Notes: generated by a model not told the origin, from the letters alone. A DNA stretch of 64,000 nt from Octopus vulgaris (GCA_951406725.2 OX597829.1:16802001-16866000), one strand, 5' to 3'. Positions 13,940-29,128 are shown, numbered from the stretch's first letter. Translations and numbers: made by a program.

Positions 13940-15490
13940 GTCTTTATTGGCCGCAAGGCCCGAACACAAAAACATATGGGTACAATACAAAACAAGAATC
14001 AAGTGGCGTTTAAAACAGAAAACGTGAACAATAAAAATCAAAAACAGTTAACAAAAAATTAAACAACAAAATTCCCCAATAGTAGGGAGTTCCACGTAGG
14101 GCCAACCAGGGTACCCCACACATCTAGGGTACCCCCAACTGCCAAGGGCATGCCAAGTAGGCACCCCTCTTCCCCTCAGCTGCTCCAGCTTACAGACGCA
14201 TATTTAGAGTAGGCCCATTCACATGAATCTTTTTCGCAACATTCCCCCACCTTTCAACAAACTTACTGGCGGAGTGGGACGGGCAGTACTCTCTACCCTC
14301 ACTTTCCTTTTCAAGTGGAACTTGTAAAAGTCAATGAGGGCTCGGCCGAAGATGAAAGTGTCTGTCCTCAGTCCTTCCATCCTTGTCCATCACACTACTT
14401 CTTTCGCCATAGCCACCAGACAGAGGAAAACTGCCTTTTCCTCCCGACCAAAAGAAGGCGGCTGAGCGATCCTTACAATGGACTCGGCTGACAACCGGAT
14501 CTGTCCTACACGTGACAACAGCTGTTCGACAAAGCTCCACAGATCAGTAATGCATGAACATTGGACGAATGCATGCAGGATGGTTTCATCGCCTTGCATT
14601 CACCTCGGACAGATTCATCTGACAGCACTTGCGTGTCTGTAGAGCTTGTCTCGAACCTGCAGGTAGCACTGCCAGGAAAGGAATTTCTGGAAGTTATCCA
14701 TAGGTCCTGGACTGAAAGTCCTCCGGAAAATACCAGTTAGTTGATCCCTCTCGACGCCCAGAGTTTCCCCGAGTACGCCGTCGCTCTTTCCCTCCACTAA
14801 TCCTCTATAGAACTCCATGGTTGAACTTCCGTCACCGCGTTGCCCAACTGGCAGAAGGCTGTGAGCGCTTGCCGATACTCCGGGTGCCAAGCGCTCTTTC
14901 TTGCTCTACGCTTGATCCATCACTGTAACTCCGTCAGTGAGACAAACTGCGCAAAGTCCCGTTTGAAGAACAGTGACCACATTTGCTCTCCGTTAAGGAA
15001 ACCTTGGAGATGTCGCGTATGACCAATGTCTGCGTATGACCAATCCTCCACCCAGCGGCTATTGACAGCAGATAGACCTTCTGACGAGCGGAACATGTAC
15101 CTTCCATAGAAAAATCGAATAGCAAGCGCTCCATCTTTATCAGTCACGAAGAAGGGCAAGGGACGACGGTCTGGCGGTAGTAGATGACAGAAGCGATGTA
15201 CGCATTCGCCACCTCCACCCGACCCTTCAACGACAGCTTCCTCTCTGCCTATTTCTGGGTGAGATTAACTACCCCGCTCGTCACCTCCCCCCAGTTCTTG
15301 GCCACCTGGAGGTCTGGGCCAAACCAGACCCTTAGCATTTTAACCGGTCCTTCCGTCCAGTGCTGTCAGTTGGCATGAACCTACTTCTCAAGGTACCGAG
15401 CTGCAAGCCCACCGACTTCTCTCGGCTGATCTTTACTCCTGTCACCGCTTCGTACTCCCTAGTGCAGTGCGACCATCTCGATTTCCGAGA
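13940..15490 (-). mobile_element. 5'-truncated, decayed Tx1/L1-clade LINE (end of RT, zf-RVT, 3' UTR)
   Basis: Minus fragments KISREKSVGLQLGT, MDNFQKFLSWQCY..VRDKLYRH and DETILHAFVQC..LWSFVEQLL. Homologous to 30040-31055. Confidence 0.8.
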
Positions 15491-16052
15491 TGTTTACGTT
15501 GACACTCTTGCTACTACGAGGTGGATTTTGTACTTTTCCTCCCTCTTTTTTCTCCTCCCCCTCTCGTGTATTGTTGCCAGTAATGGAGGGAAGAGAAAGG
15601 AAATCGGATACCTTTCTTTCTTGTAGTGTACGAATTGCGCCGTTTGATTTTGCAATGGATGTTGTATCCGTCATGACTATGTGATTACATTTCTACTTGT
15701 ATTCTCTTACACCTTGCTTTACTTTCGTGCAGGAGTGCTTTACATTAACGGATATATCTTTGACTTTTAAGATGTGCCGCATTTTGTTATATACTTTATT
15801 GGCGAAATAATTTTCTTGAAATCACAATTTTATGTCGATTACCCAAAAGATTACAGAAGTGTTAATAACACTACAACAACATATGCATTTAGTGAAAACA
15901 ATAACGCTGAATATACTTAGAAAACGCTGGTCGGTTGATACGGAATGACAACAGATATCATTAACAAAGTGATCGTTGTTTAAAACCTGAAAGATAAAGT
16001 CAGCTTATGCGAAACATATAGGACAGCGAAACAAACACACATACAAACAAAA

Positions 16053-16310
16053 GGCGGCGAGCTGGCAGAAACGTTAGCACGCCGGGCGAAATGCGTAGCC
16101 GTATTTAGTCTGCCGTTACGTTCTGAGTTCAAATTCCGCCGAGTACGACTTTGCCTTTCATCCTTTCGGGGTCGATAAATTAAGTACCAGTTAATCCGTT
16201 TGTCTGTCTTTGTTTGTCCACTCTGTGTTTAGCCCCTTGTGGGTAGTAAAGAAATAGGTATTTCGTCTGCCGTTAAGTTCTGAGTTCAAATTCCGCCGAG
16301 GTCGACTTTG
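16053..16310 (+). mobile_element. SINE family A (internal deletion, truncated second monomer)
   Basis: Homology to 936-1166. Confidence 0.85.
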
Positions 16311-16409
16311 TTAATCGATAAGATAAGATACGAAGGAATTGTGCTGTTATTTCTAACAGGCGCCAGAACACGATAATACTCCCTCTTAAGCTCGACTTCC
16401 ACTTTTGTT
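16311..16409 (-). repeat. ~100-bp dispersed repeat, reverse complement of 51667-51763
   Basis: ttaatcgataagataagatacgaaggaatt...ccacttttgt vs acaaaagtgg...cttatcttatcgattaa. Confidence 0.8.
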
Positions 16410-16525
16410 TCTAGTATATTAACTCTAGAGAGAAAAATCATCAGCATCCATGTTGGACAGGATAGAATCCAAACTGCCAACACTTGCTGAGAACTAGATT
16501 GTTTAGAACATGGCATGCAACCAAA

Positions 16526-16940
16526 GGCGGCGAGTTGGCAGAACCGTTAGCACGCCGGGCGAAATGTGTAGCCGTATTTCATCTGCCGTTACGTTCTGAG
16601 TTCAAATTCCGCCGAGGTCGACTTAGCCTTTCATCCTTTCGGGGTCGTAAATTAAGTACCAATTACGCACTGGGGTCGATATAATCGACTTAATCCGTTT
16701 GTCCGTCATTGTTTGTCCCCTCTGTGTTTAGCCCCTTGTGGGTAGTAAAGAAATAGGTATTTCGTCTGTCTTTATGTTCTGAGTTCAAATTCCGCCGAGG
16801 TCGACTTTGCCTTTCATCCTTTCGGGGTCGATTAAATAAGTACCAGTTACGCACTGGAGTCGATATAATCGACTTAATCCCTTTGTCTGTTCTTGTTTGT
16901 CCTCTCTGTGTTTAGCCTCTTGTGGTCAGTAAAGAAATAG
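16526..16940 (+). mobile_element. SINE family A dimer
   Basis: Two tandem monomers; the second starts at gtatttcgtctg. Confidence 0.9.
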
Positions 16941-17007
16941 AAACACACACACACACACGCACGCTCAAACATAAGCACACATGCATACACGCCCTTGCGC
17001 ACGCATA

Positions 17008-17172
17008 TGAGTGGCTGTGTAGTAAGAAGCTTGCTTCCCGACCACATGGTTCGAGGTTCAGTCGTTCAGTCCCACTGCGTGGCACTTTTGGGGCAAGTGT
17101 CTTCTACTATAGCCTCGGACCGACCAAAGCTTTGTGAGTTGATTTGATAGACGGAAACTGAAAGAAGACCGT
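17008..17172 (+). mobile_element. SINE family B, 5' half
   Basis: Homology to 18270-18425. Confidence 0.8.
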
Positions 17173-17232
17173 TGTGTGTGTGTGTGTGTGTGTGTGTGTG
17201 CATATATATGTGTGTGTGTGTGTGTATGTATA

Positions 17233-17263
<31 letters not shown>

Positions 17264-17269
17264 GATATA

Positions 17270-17309
<40 letters not shown>

Positions 17310-17952
17310 TAGATATATATATATATAGATAGATAGATAGATAGATAGATAGAGGTAAAAATCCCATTCGGTCATGAATGACTACGAGATTGCACCTAGA
17401 AATTTATCCTCCGAGGTATAAGTCCGGGAAAAGTTGTTTATGGCAGACCAGCAATCACCTATGTGTATCAGCCACCCCTCTCTACGCCACCGACCTTGCC
17501 CAAGGGAAAGGCAAAAACCGATACAGTTTGGTGCCAGAGATGCCACAACTCATTTATACAGCTGAGTGAACTGGAGCAACGTGAAACAAAGTGTCTTGCT
17601 CAAGAATACAACACACAGCCCGGTCTTATACGTATAATATACATGTGTGTTAGTGTGTGTGTGTGTGTGCGTGTGTGCGTGTTTCTGTCTGCGTGTGTCC
17701 TCCCACCGCTTGATAACCGTACCTTAGCATAAGTTCCTGGCTTAACAAGAAATAAGGATTTGTGGTCAATTTATTCAGCAAAAAGTCCTTCAAGGCCGTA
17801 TCTCGGCATGACCGCAACCTATTGACTTAAACATGTAAACGATGATATATATAGTATAAATAATATAGATGGAATGGGTGACGGATTTTATTGAGTACGT
17901 TTTGTACCCCAAAATTTCTGCATTATATATATATATATATATATACATATAT

Positions 17953-18246
17953 ATCACCGTGACCGACCAGGCTATCAGATGTTGCTACACATCGCTGGCC
18001 ACAATGCACTTCGCATTGTCTTAGCCTTCAAATGACGCCACCCCGCTGGCTAAGCTAGCGGGCCAACAGAAAAAAGAGTGAGAGAAAGTTGCGGCGAAAG
18101 AGTACAGCAGGGATCGCCACTACCCCTGCCGGAGCCTCATGGAGCTTTAGGTGTTTTCGCTCAATAAACACTCGGTCTGGGAATCGAAACCGCGATCCTA
18201 CGACCGCGATTTCGCTGCCCTAACCACTGGGCCATTGCGCCTCCAC
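17953..18246 (-). mobile_element. tRNA-derived SINE family C (RTE-type tail)
   Basis: Head gtggaggcgcaatggcccagtggttaggg...ggtttcgattccc; tail cctggtcggtcacggtgat. Confidence 0.9.
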
Positions 18247-18269
18247 ACACACACACACACATTTATATT

Positions 18270-18670
18270 AGTGGCTGTGTGGTAAGTAGCTTGTTTACCA
18301 ACCACATGGTTCCGGGTTCAGTCCCACTGCGTGGCACCTTGGGCAAGTGTCTTCTACTATAGCCTCGGGCCGACCAAAGCCTTGTGAGTGGATTTGGTAG
18401 ACGGAAACTGAAAGAAGCCTTTCGTATATATGTATATATATATATATGTGCGTGTATGTTTGTGTGTCTGTGTTTGTCCCCCTAGCATTGCTTGACAACC
18501 GATGCTGGTGTGTTTATGTCCCTGTCACTTAGCGGATCGGCAAAAGAGACCGATAGAATAAGTACTGGGCTTACAAAGAATAAGTCCCGGGGGTCGAGTT
18601 GCTCGATTAAAGGCGGTGCTCCAGCATGGCCGCAGTCAAATGACTGAAACAAGTAAAAGAGAAAAGAGAA
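18270..18670 (+). mobile_element. SINE family B, full length
   Basis: Same layout as 6745-7140. Confidence 0.9.
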
Positions 18671-19194
18671 AGATAATATTCTTTTATTATTTTACTTGTT
18701 TCGGTCCTTTGACTGCGGCCATGCTAGTGCAATGGGCTTCTTCCAATTTCCTTCTAGCAAATGCACCGAAAGTTACAGATGAAATAGCAGGGATTATTCG
18801 CAAAAGATTTGAAAGTTCTTGGAACCCAACCTAGGCCCCCAAATCTGCGGCTTTCGCTGCTGCAATAAGGAGTAGTTGGAGATCACGTGGTCGTTAACAT
18901 CAAATCGCCAGGCCTGATCGGCGTTTGTGAGTGATGCAGTATTGAGGATGAATGAAGCCAGCTTAACCCACCCCGGGTGAATGCTTTCAAGTCATCAAGT
19001 CAAGTCAGTCAAGAAACTGAAAAGTGGGCAGCAATATAGAAAGCCAATCACAAAAGAATGGTCATTGAAAAGGTGGTAATACTAGCGGTGATCCATCATG
19101 GGCTGAGCTTTGGGCTGAAATGCTTAAAAGAATATAAGAATATATCACCCTTATCTGCGCATCGCATCCATTACTCTCCAACTACAACTAAATA

Positions 19195-19604
19195 CCTATT
19201 TCTTTACTACCCATAAGTGGCTAAATACAGAGGGGACAAACAAGTACAGACAAACGGATTAAGTCGATTATATCGACCCCAGTGCGTAACTGGTACTTAA
19301 TTTATCGATCCCGAAAGGATGAAAGGCAAAGGCGACCTCGGCGGAATTTGAACTCAGAACTTAAAGGCAGACGAAATACTTATTTCTTTACTACCCACAA
19401 GGGGCTACACACAGAGGGGACAAACAAGGACAGACAAACGGATTAAGTGGATTATATCGACCCCAGTGTGTAACTGGTACTTAATTTATCGACCCCGAAA
19501 GGATGAAAGGCAAAGTCGACCTCGGTGGAATTTGAACTCAGAACGTAACGGCAGACGAAATACCGCTAAGCTCGGCGTGCTAACGGTTCTGCCAGCTTGC
19601 CGAC
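19195..19604 (-). mobile_element. SINE family A dimer
   Basis: Two monomers flanked by aact(a/g)caactaaatac direct repeats. Confidence 0.88.
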
Positions 19605-20428
19605 TTGGAAAACTGCAACTAAATACAATGGCTCAAAGATAGAAGGGTATCGACATTTTGAACCAGTTATTCTCAGAGAATCGACCAAGATTACTCTATG
19701 TTTTTGTCGATTGCAAAACCTGGAATCGTGTCTCATCATTGATACGACATATTTTCCTAAAATATGTATTTAAAACAATACACAGATATAAAATATAACT
19801 GTGTATACAGATGTTTAACAAATTCGGGTAGATTCAAACAGGAAAGACTTTTCACTGTAGTAACTCTCACGGAAAGTAAAAAAAAAATACATATCTACTT
19901 TTAGAATATGGTTCGGGGACATCATACCGAGTTGGGCTGATAAAACTGAACAAAATGTAGGACACATTTTATCAGCTCCAGACAACAAATCTATCGTTAT
20001 TAGCCCGCTAAAAGATGCTGATCTTACATGTAAACAACAAATAAATTTGCTGGCGTGTGCAAAGTTATGTAAAGCTGATGTTAATTACTAAAAGCACACA
20101 AAGCAGTGATAATGACAAAAAAGCTGACATACATTTATATTTATATTTAACAATTTCCTGCACACTCAAACATGCAAAGATACATGCTGCGATAACAGTC
20201 CCAGAAGAGAAAAACTCTGTAGAGAGTGTATGTGAAAAAATCCTCATAAAATACCGATATAAGCTGCGTGTAACGTCATCGAATTGCGTGCATCGTTATG
20301 TTCTATTAACTCTAGACACTGAAACCGTCAGTAAGTTCTTTTATACGCAATCAGGAAATAATAAATGGCTCTACATACGTGCGCGCCCGCATGTGTGTGT
20401 GTGTGTGGATGCATGCATATATCCATAT

Positions 20429-20741
20429 ATCACTGTGACCACCGTTACCGACCAGGCTATCAGATGTTGCTACACATCGCTGGTCACAATGCGCTTCGCA
20501 TTGTTTTAGCCTTCGAATTACGCCATCCCGCTGGCTAAGCGAGCAGGCCAACAGAAGAAAGAGTGGGAGAAAGAGTGGTGAAAGAGTACAGCAAGGATCG
20601 CCACCACCACCCGCTGGAGCCTCGTGGAGCTTTTAGGTGTTTTCGCTCAATAAACACTCACAACGCCCGGTCTGGGAATCAAAACCGCGATTCTACAACC
20701 ACGAGGCCGCTGCCCTAATCACTGGGCCATTGCGCCTCCAC
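20429..20741 (-). mobile_element. SINE family C
   Basis: Homology to 17953-18246. Confidence 0.9.
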
Positions 20742-21139
20742 ATATCCATATATATATATACATGCATATATATGTGTGTGTGTGTGTGTGTGTTTCTTTC
20801 TGTAGCTGTGTATTTGTGTATAAACATAAATATGTATTTCATTCTTGTTTATTCGGTAAAAGAAAAAATAAAACATACTATAAGACGAAAACACATTTTC
20901 AATAAAAAATACTGCTTAAAAAGATTTATTTTTATAGTTATTATAACTACTTCCTGTTCCATCTTTTCGGATCGATAAAATAAGTACCTGTGGAAAACCG
21001 AAGTGGATGGTATTGACTACACCCCTATTCACCTCAAGTTTGCTAACCTTGTTTCTAATTATTCAGAAATAATTATTATTAAGATCTTTCTATACGAGTA
21101 CAGCAGCAACAGTACCAGTTACTGCAGCACTAGCAAAAG

Positions 21140-21995
<856 letters not shown>

Positions 21996-22371
21996 TACAG
22001 TAGCCATCAACTTGTTTTTTTTTTCTCAACTGTATACATTACATTATGAATGATACCATTTTCTGATTACGGATACCATTGAAATATCCCTTGATGATTC
22101 TATGTTTTTGTTTTACCCGTGTTATTTCAGTCTCTAAACTAAACCACGTGACATATTTTCATCCATGTGATTTTACTTTTGTTTCTCCCTTTTTATATAT
22201 TTGTTGCATTTTATTTATTTTTTTCGGAAGTATAAAAAGGAAATACAATATTTCACTTTATTTCTTGTATTCGAAAAGGAAAAACAAACTTTTCATGTAT
22301 TTTTCTCATATTTGTCTTTTTTTTTTCGGTTTCTATGCTTTCCTAAATGTTTAAAACTTCTTTCAGTGACA

Positions 22372-22373
22372 TA

Positions 22374-22425
<52 letters not shown>

Positions 22426-22433
22426 TAATAATG

Positions 22434-22475
<42 letters not shown>

Positions 22476-22487
22476 GTAATAATAATG

Positions 22488-22557
<70 letters not shown>

Positions 22558-22558
22558 C

Positions 22559-22631
<73 letters not shown>

Positions 22632-22632
22632 G
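22372..22632. repeat. (TAA)n microsatellite
   Basis: Direct reading. Confidence 0.97.
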
Positions 22633-23425
22633 AATACTAAATAAAAATCCAAATTTTAGGATACATTTTCGCAGATATTTTTCGCTTATATCGTAACTTC
22701 TAATTCTCAGTAGAATCATTAACCTCATATTTCTTTGAAAATATATTTCCTTCACTTCTTTCGTTACTTCTTGGAGTCTCTAGTTTACAAGACTTCTAAT
22801 AAATAAAATAGGATTCATAAGGAAACCAACCAAAAATATCAAAAGAGCAAAAAGTAAGCTGTTATCAAGAACAAATATAACAATATCAAGTGGGGGGAAA
22901 AATTTATTGGACAACTATTTTCTCATAGAAATACAAGCTAAATATGTCGCAACAGCCAAACGTGTGAAAAAATGGAAAGACTTTGTAAAATGCTGAAGGA
23001 TGATCTGGAATCAAGGTACACTGTTAAGAGAAAATATTGAAAACAGCCCAATAAAATCTAGGAGATTTTACAAGTAAAACTAAATTTAGTTGAACTCAAG
23101 AAATGTGACGTTTCAAAATAAAATACTTGGTCTTTTAGCCACGCGGTCAGATTTATTTTTCTCTATTCGTAAAGCTACGTTTACGAATCCAGAGTAATGT
23201 TCGAAAATTAGAAAGAAAACAGTGAGATTAATTGGAAAAAAAAATAATAAAGCAAAGAAATGAATGTGTTAGATCATCGAGCTACCTCATTTAGACTGAC
23301 ATGTTCAGTAAAAAGCTACAATTTATCACACGGCAATGAATTATATATTGAAAATAATCTTATAGCGTTAGTTCTTCGTCATTACCAAATGGTAAATTAC
23401 AATTGTGGCTTTACAAATATGAATG

Positions 23426-23789
23426 ACTAGCATTATGACCCAGCAACACCGGGTCATAGTGCTAGTGCATGCATATACAGCTGCGTGCGTGCGCACATAC
23501 ACGCGAGTACTGTCCAAATCTCTGACCAATCACATACAGCTAGCTGGCATTCAATTGGCGTATCAAGTTTCGGCCATTTTGGTTTGGTTTTGGATAGAAA
23601 ATTCACAAAAAAGTCACTTCTATTGATTCTTTAATGGCTTTGCGGGGTGACTGGGGAAATGTAAAGATGTGCACAACCACCCTTGGACGGTTTTGAAAGA
23701 CCATAGAAAGTGCGAACCCTCTAACTGAAAAATTGTGGATTTGTATAAAGGACACGCACGGAGACATTTTGCCGTTTATATATACAGAT
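23426..23789 (+). mobile_element. Helentron/HINE-like element family H1
   Basis: 5' hairpin actagcattatgaccc..gggtcatagtgctagt (23426-23466) and 3' end tttatatatacagat. Second copy at 4369-4715. Confidence 0.65.
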
Positions 23790-24379
23790 AATTTAACATG
23801 GTTATAAAGTTATAAGTTTTTCCATTACCATTTGTTAACGGGAAAAATAAGTACCCATATTTATTTCAGGCTCGTCTTCAAAGAACCTCAATTGAATTTC
23901 TTTTTTTACTGCAGATGCATTATTTGGGAACACACACGCACATTCGCAAGCACGTAAATGTATGCATGTATGAATAAATGTGTATATCTATTAGGCATAT
24001 AAATGTACATAATACCTCACTTTACGAGGACCTGCTTTTCGAGTTTAATTTTTTTATTCCACCTTTAAAATGGTTAGCTGAAATTTTTCAAGGGCAAGAT
24101 CCAAATTTTGGGCGAAGTGCAAAAGTTCTACTACAATAACAAATTCTATTATTCTGCTACAATAACAAATACTTCTGCTACTCAGATACTTATAGAGAAC
24201 GAAATAAAGCTTCTACTAATTAAATAACTCTAGACTTGATTCTATGTTAATAAGAAATTTGCAAGTCTGTCTACGAGTGCTTGTGAATAAGCGATCGCAT
24301 TTACAAGTGATGGTGTGCACGGGCCTAGTGCGAGGGAAGGTGATGTAGAAAGCAATTATAATAATATTTTTTATTATAA

Positions 24380-25813
24380 ACTAGCAGTATCGCCCGGCGT
24401 TGCTCGGGTTTGTAAGGGAAATAACTATATAAGCATTTTTAGAGAGTTATAGCCAAAAAATAGCAAAAAAATGCATTAAAAATTGAAAAGAAAATTATGG
24501 TAAATTTTTTTTTAAATCGTTGACACATCGTAGATATTTTTAGAGAGTTACTTCCCTTATATAAAAGCGAAAAAATGCATTAAAATGGAAAAATATGATG
24601 GTAAATTTTTTTAAAATCGTAGACTCATCGTAGACGCACGCTAATACCCAGAAGGGCTCGATATGAATCACGACTATAAGATACCCGCTTTTGGTTAAAC
24701 TGCACCGCAAAATGTGGGAGTAGTTACGAATCTAAATCGTAGTAGACAGACACACAACTTCACTCTTATATAAAGATGCTTTTTTTTCAGTCATAGAGTT
24801 AGATTTATGAAGGTCTTCAGTAGAAAATCCTTCGAATTCTGACTCGCTGCTTGATATAATGAAATTCGTATCCATTTTTTGTCAGAATTACAAATTTTGA
24901 AAACACAATAGGAACAAATTTCGGAAAAAAATCTCCCATAATTCACGGAATTAAAATTACACTTCGATTTTTGTACAAAACTGTAGTTGAAGTGTTTCAT
25001 ACGTGTTTTCACATTATATATACATATATCTATATATAATATTATATAATAAAATATATACAGAGTAAAATAAAAACCAATTTACCTTTTCTGTCCGTCC
25101 GTGTGTCTTTGCAAATGTGTTGGAATGATAAGTGAGTTGTATTTTGGCGCCTTTTTTAATAACAAACACACACGTGTTTGTATGTAGTTGTATGTGTATG
25201 TAGTTGTATGTAGTTGTATATGTATGTGTATGCGTGTGTGTGAGGAATGACACACACACACTCACGCACGCACACATGTACATCAATGCTTTCGGAGTGA
25301 AATGTTAAAATATTGAGTTTTCTCGAAATTTGTCTTAATTGGGAGTGAAATTGAAAGAAATATATTATGGCATGAGCGAATGGAGTACTTTGAAAAATCT
25401 TAGGTAAATTCTAATTGAAGAAATTGTGTGAGGAGTAAATGGTTATGTATTTATTTGTTTCTGTTTGCTGTGTTTTTTTATTTTTTGAGTAGTGGTTTAA
25501 ATACTTTCAGTTTAGTCTTCCTCAAATCACTCTGTCGCTATTTACTTTCATTTTATTCGTTGCACACTGTGTGTGTGCGTTTGCGTGTGGTGTAAACCAG
25601 ACTAAGAAAAGCATTTGACACACACACCAGAATGTGAGTTTTCTGTAAATTTTGCTTAATTGGAGTTTAAATTTTAAAAACTGGACCTGGCATGACGCGA
25701 TGCATTCTACTCTTAAAAATGCTAGGTAAATTGTAATTGAAGAAATCCTATATTGTAAATTTCTATAACTCCCAAAGGGAGGCAGATAAAATCTGCCTTT
25801 TATAATAAGAGAT
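24380..25813 (+). mobile_element. Helentron/HINE-like element family H2, copy 1
   Basis: Starts ACTAGCAGTATCGCCCGGCGTTGCTCGGG. Ends with hairpins ctccc-aaa-gggag and ggcagat-aaa-atctgcc, then ttttataataagagat. Confidence 0.65.
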
Positions 25814-25962
25814 AATCTTGACATTCTCTTTAATTTACTTAGAATATTCTTTGCATTCAACTGTTGTTTTATTGCCATTTATTTACGAGTATTATAAATA
25901 CTATAGGTAAAATATTTTTCTGGAAATGAATTACGATTTATAATGTATGTATATATATATAT

Positions 25963-27136
25963 ACTAGCAGTATCGCCCGGCGTTGCTCGGGTTGTAAGGG
26001 AAATAACTATATAAGCATTTTTAGAGAGTTATAGCCAAAAAATAGCAAAAAAATGCATTAAAAATTGAAAAAAAATTATGGTAAATTTTTTTTTAAATCG
26101 TTGACACATCGTAGATATTTTTAGAGAGTTACTTCCCTTATATAAAAGCGAAAAAATGCATTAAAATGGAAAAATATGATGGTAAATTTTTTTAAATCGT
26201 AGACTCATCGTAGACGCACGCTAATACCCAGAAGGGCTCGATATGAATCACGACTATAAGATACCCGCTTTTGGTTAAACTGCACCGCAAAATGTGGGAG
26301 TAGTTAGGAATCTAAATCGTAGTAGACAGACACACAACTTCACTCTTATATAAAGATGCTTTTTTTTTCAGTCATAGAGTTAGATTTATGAAGGTCTTCA
26401 GTAGAAAATCCTTCGAATTCTGACTCGCTGCTTGATATAATGAAATTCGTATCCATTTTTTGTCAGAATTACAAATTTTGAAAACACAATAGGAACAAAT
26501 TTCGGAAAAAAATCTCCCATAATTCACGGAATTAAAACTACACTTCGATTTTTGTACAAAACTGTATTTGAAGTGTTTACGAAGTATAATACGTGTTTTC
26601 ACGAATGTACTAAAGAGATTTACTCTGATATTCTCATTTAAATATGAATAGGTAAATTCGGGCGGTTTGGTAACGAAAGGGTTTATATAAGTGTCGTCTG
26701 TTTATACATAAACACTGTTTCATACTTTCAGTTTAGTCTTCCTCAAATCACTTTGTCGCTATTTACTCTCTTCCAAGAACATTTTCACTCACTCTTATCT
26801 GTTAGCTTGCCATACATTTTACTCCTGTATCTATCAGCGTGATAGACAGAAACAAATATTACATCTAGTTTCACTTTATTCGTTGCACACTGTGTGTGTG
26901 CGTTTGCGTGTGCTGTAAACCAGACTAAGAAAAGCATTTGACATACAAACCAGAATGTGAGTTTTCTGTAAATTTTGCTTAATTGGAGTTTAAATTTTAA
27001 AAACTGGACCTGGCAAAACCCGATGCATTCTACTCTTAAAAATGCTAGGTAAATTGTAATTGAAGAAATCCTATATTGTAGATTTCTATAACTGACAAAG
27101 GGAGGCAGATAAAATCTGCCTTTTATAATAAGAGAT
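25963..27136 (+). mobile_element. Helentron/HINE-like element family H2, copy 2
   Basis: Near-identical to 24380-25011 and 25500-25813, with a different middle. Confidence 0.65.
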
Positions 27137-27217
27137 ATATATATATATATATATATGTTTGTATGTATGTATGTATGTATGTATGTATGTATGTATGTAT
27201 GTATGTATGTATGTATG

Positions 27218-27256
<39 letters not shown>

Positions 27257-27359
27257 CATACTTCGAAGTGGATGCGTGCGTTCTATCATATAATGACAAA
27301 ATACTAAATAAAACATATGTATATATACATACATATATGTACGTACCTACATCTATATG

Positions 27360-28335
27360 TATATATACATACATATATGGGTACAGGACGCCAAAAAACG
27401 TCGAACACAATGAGGAACGAAAATATAAACACAAAACCAAGGAAATGGAGATTTTTCTTAAACAACGAAAAAATAGAGTACAAGTATGTCTTGTACTCTA
27501 TTTTTTGATAATTCCGCATGATTTTAAACATCTCGGTTTGCCAGGCGTACCGATATCCTGTAACTTGTTTACATTTATATACTAGAGATATTTTTTAATC
27601 CACATCATTAACTGGTTGTTATATTATGGATGTTAGTTCCGTTCCGAACAGGTTTGAACATTTTAATAAACCGTTTTCCTTTTATCTTTCTTCTAACCTC
27701 ACTTGTATCAAGTAGTTTGTGGAAAGGGCAAAATAGAAACTTTTTCTAATTTCATGTCTCTATATGTTCGCTCAATGGAATTTGGAGAACATTGGTTACC
27801 CGCATTTGTTGTCTGTGGACTCGTGAGCATTCCGATAATGCATTCCCGGTCTCGCCTATATAGTGTTCGTCGCAATTCGGGCATGTAATGCAGTAGATCA
27901 AATTTCTGCTTTTGCAGTTCATATCTGCATTTGCGAAAATCTGTTCATTGTTTGTTCTAATGGATCTACCAGTGTGCATATATTGAGACGTTCCACATTT
28001 GTGATCATTACGCTTGGATACTGGGAATATTTTATTCTGTTTGTTCATATTGAATTTTGCCTTTGTTAATAGTTTCTTTAAATTATGTGGTTACCTTTAG
28101 CTTAAGATAAGCGCTTGATTAGTTATGGTTTTTAATTTTTTGCATTATCAGAACGCCCACGAGTTCACAGACAACAAACCCGGGACACCAATCTTCATCA
28201 AATTCCACTGAATGGATATAGAGAGACATGTGGTCAAAAATTGTTACTACTTTTTCCTTTGCACAAATTACATGACACAAGTAAGGTTGGAAGAAAGATA
28301 AAAGAAAAACGGTTTATTAGACTCTTCAAACTTTA
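27360..28335 (-). mobile_element. Decayed Penelope-like element (Neptune-type GIY-YIG) with inverted 3' copy
   Basis: Minus: PHNLKKLLTKAKFN..NCKSRNLIYCITCPNCDEHYIGETG..RVHRQQ. 27651-27842 is repeated inverted at 28141-28332; the element is flanked by (TA)n. Confidence 0.85.
27752..28048 (-). pseudogene. GIY-YIG endonuclease domain of PLE
   Basis: LIYCITC..C..HYIGET motif typical of the PLE GIY-YIG domain; frameshifted C-terminus. Confidence 0.85.
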
Positions 28336-28601
28336 TGAGCATAGCGAATTTTTTTTCAATGTTAAAATACCACAATAAAAAACGTAAAAAACAGACCATG
28401 TTTTAACTTTATTCAACTGTTATATTCTTTTATAAACATTCAAACAGATTTGAAAAATATATATATATATATACACACTATATATATATATATATACATA
28501 TTTACTCCTACACCCATATGCATGCGTATATTTACACACACATATTTGTATATACACGCACACACAGACACACACGCACACACACATATATACGCACATA
28601 T

Positions 28602-28632
<31 letters not shown>

Positions 28633-28829
28633 TACATATATGTGTGCGTGTGTGTGTGTGTGTGTGTGCGTGCGTGTGTGTATGTGTGTGTGTGTGTGTG
28701 TAGGCATAAGTTCTTCTAGCAATGAGTGTGTGAGATTCTCATCTAATCGAAATTACAAATCCTTCGCATAAGAATTTCAGGTATCGCTTCCTTCGCCGTC
28801 ACTGCTGCTGCTAGTCACGATTATTACAG

Positions 28830-29063
28830 CCACTGCTACTACTACCACCACCACCAACAACAACAACAACAACAACAACATCACCACCACCAGCTGCTGC
28901 TGCTACTACTACTACTACTACTACTATTACTACTACTACTACTGCTACTGCTGCTGCTGCTACTACTACTACTAATACTACTACAACCACTACTACTACT
29001 ACTACTACAACAACAACAACTACTACTACTACTACTACTACTACTACAGCAACTACTACTACT

Positions 29064-29098
<35 letters not shown>

Positions 29099-29128
29099 CA
29101 CCATCACCACCACCAGCTGCTGCTGCTG

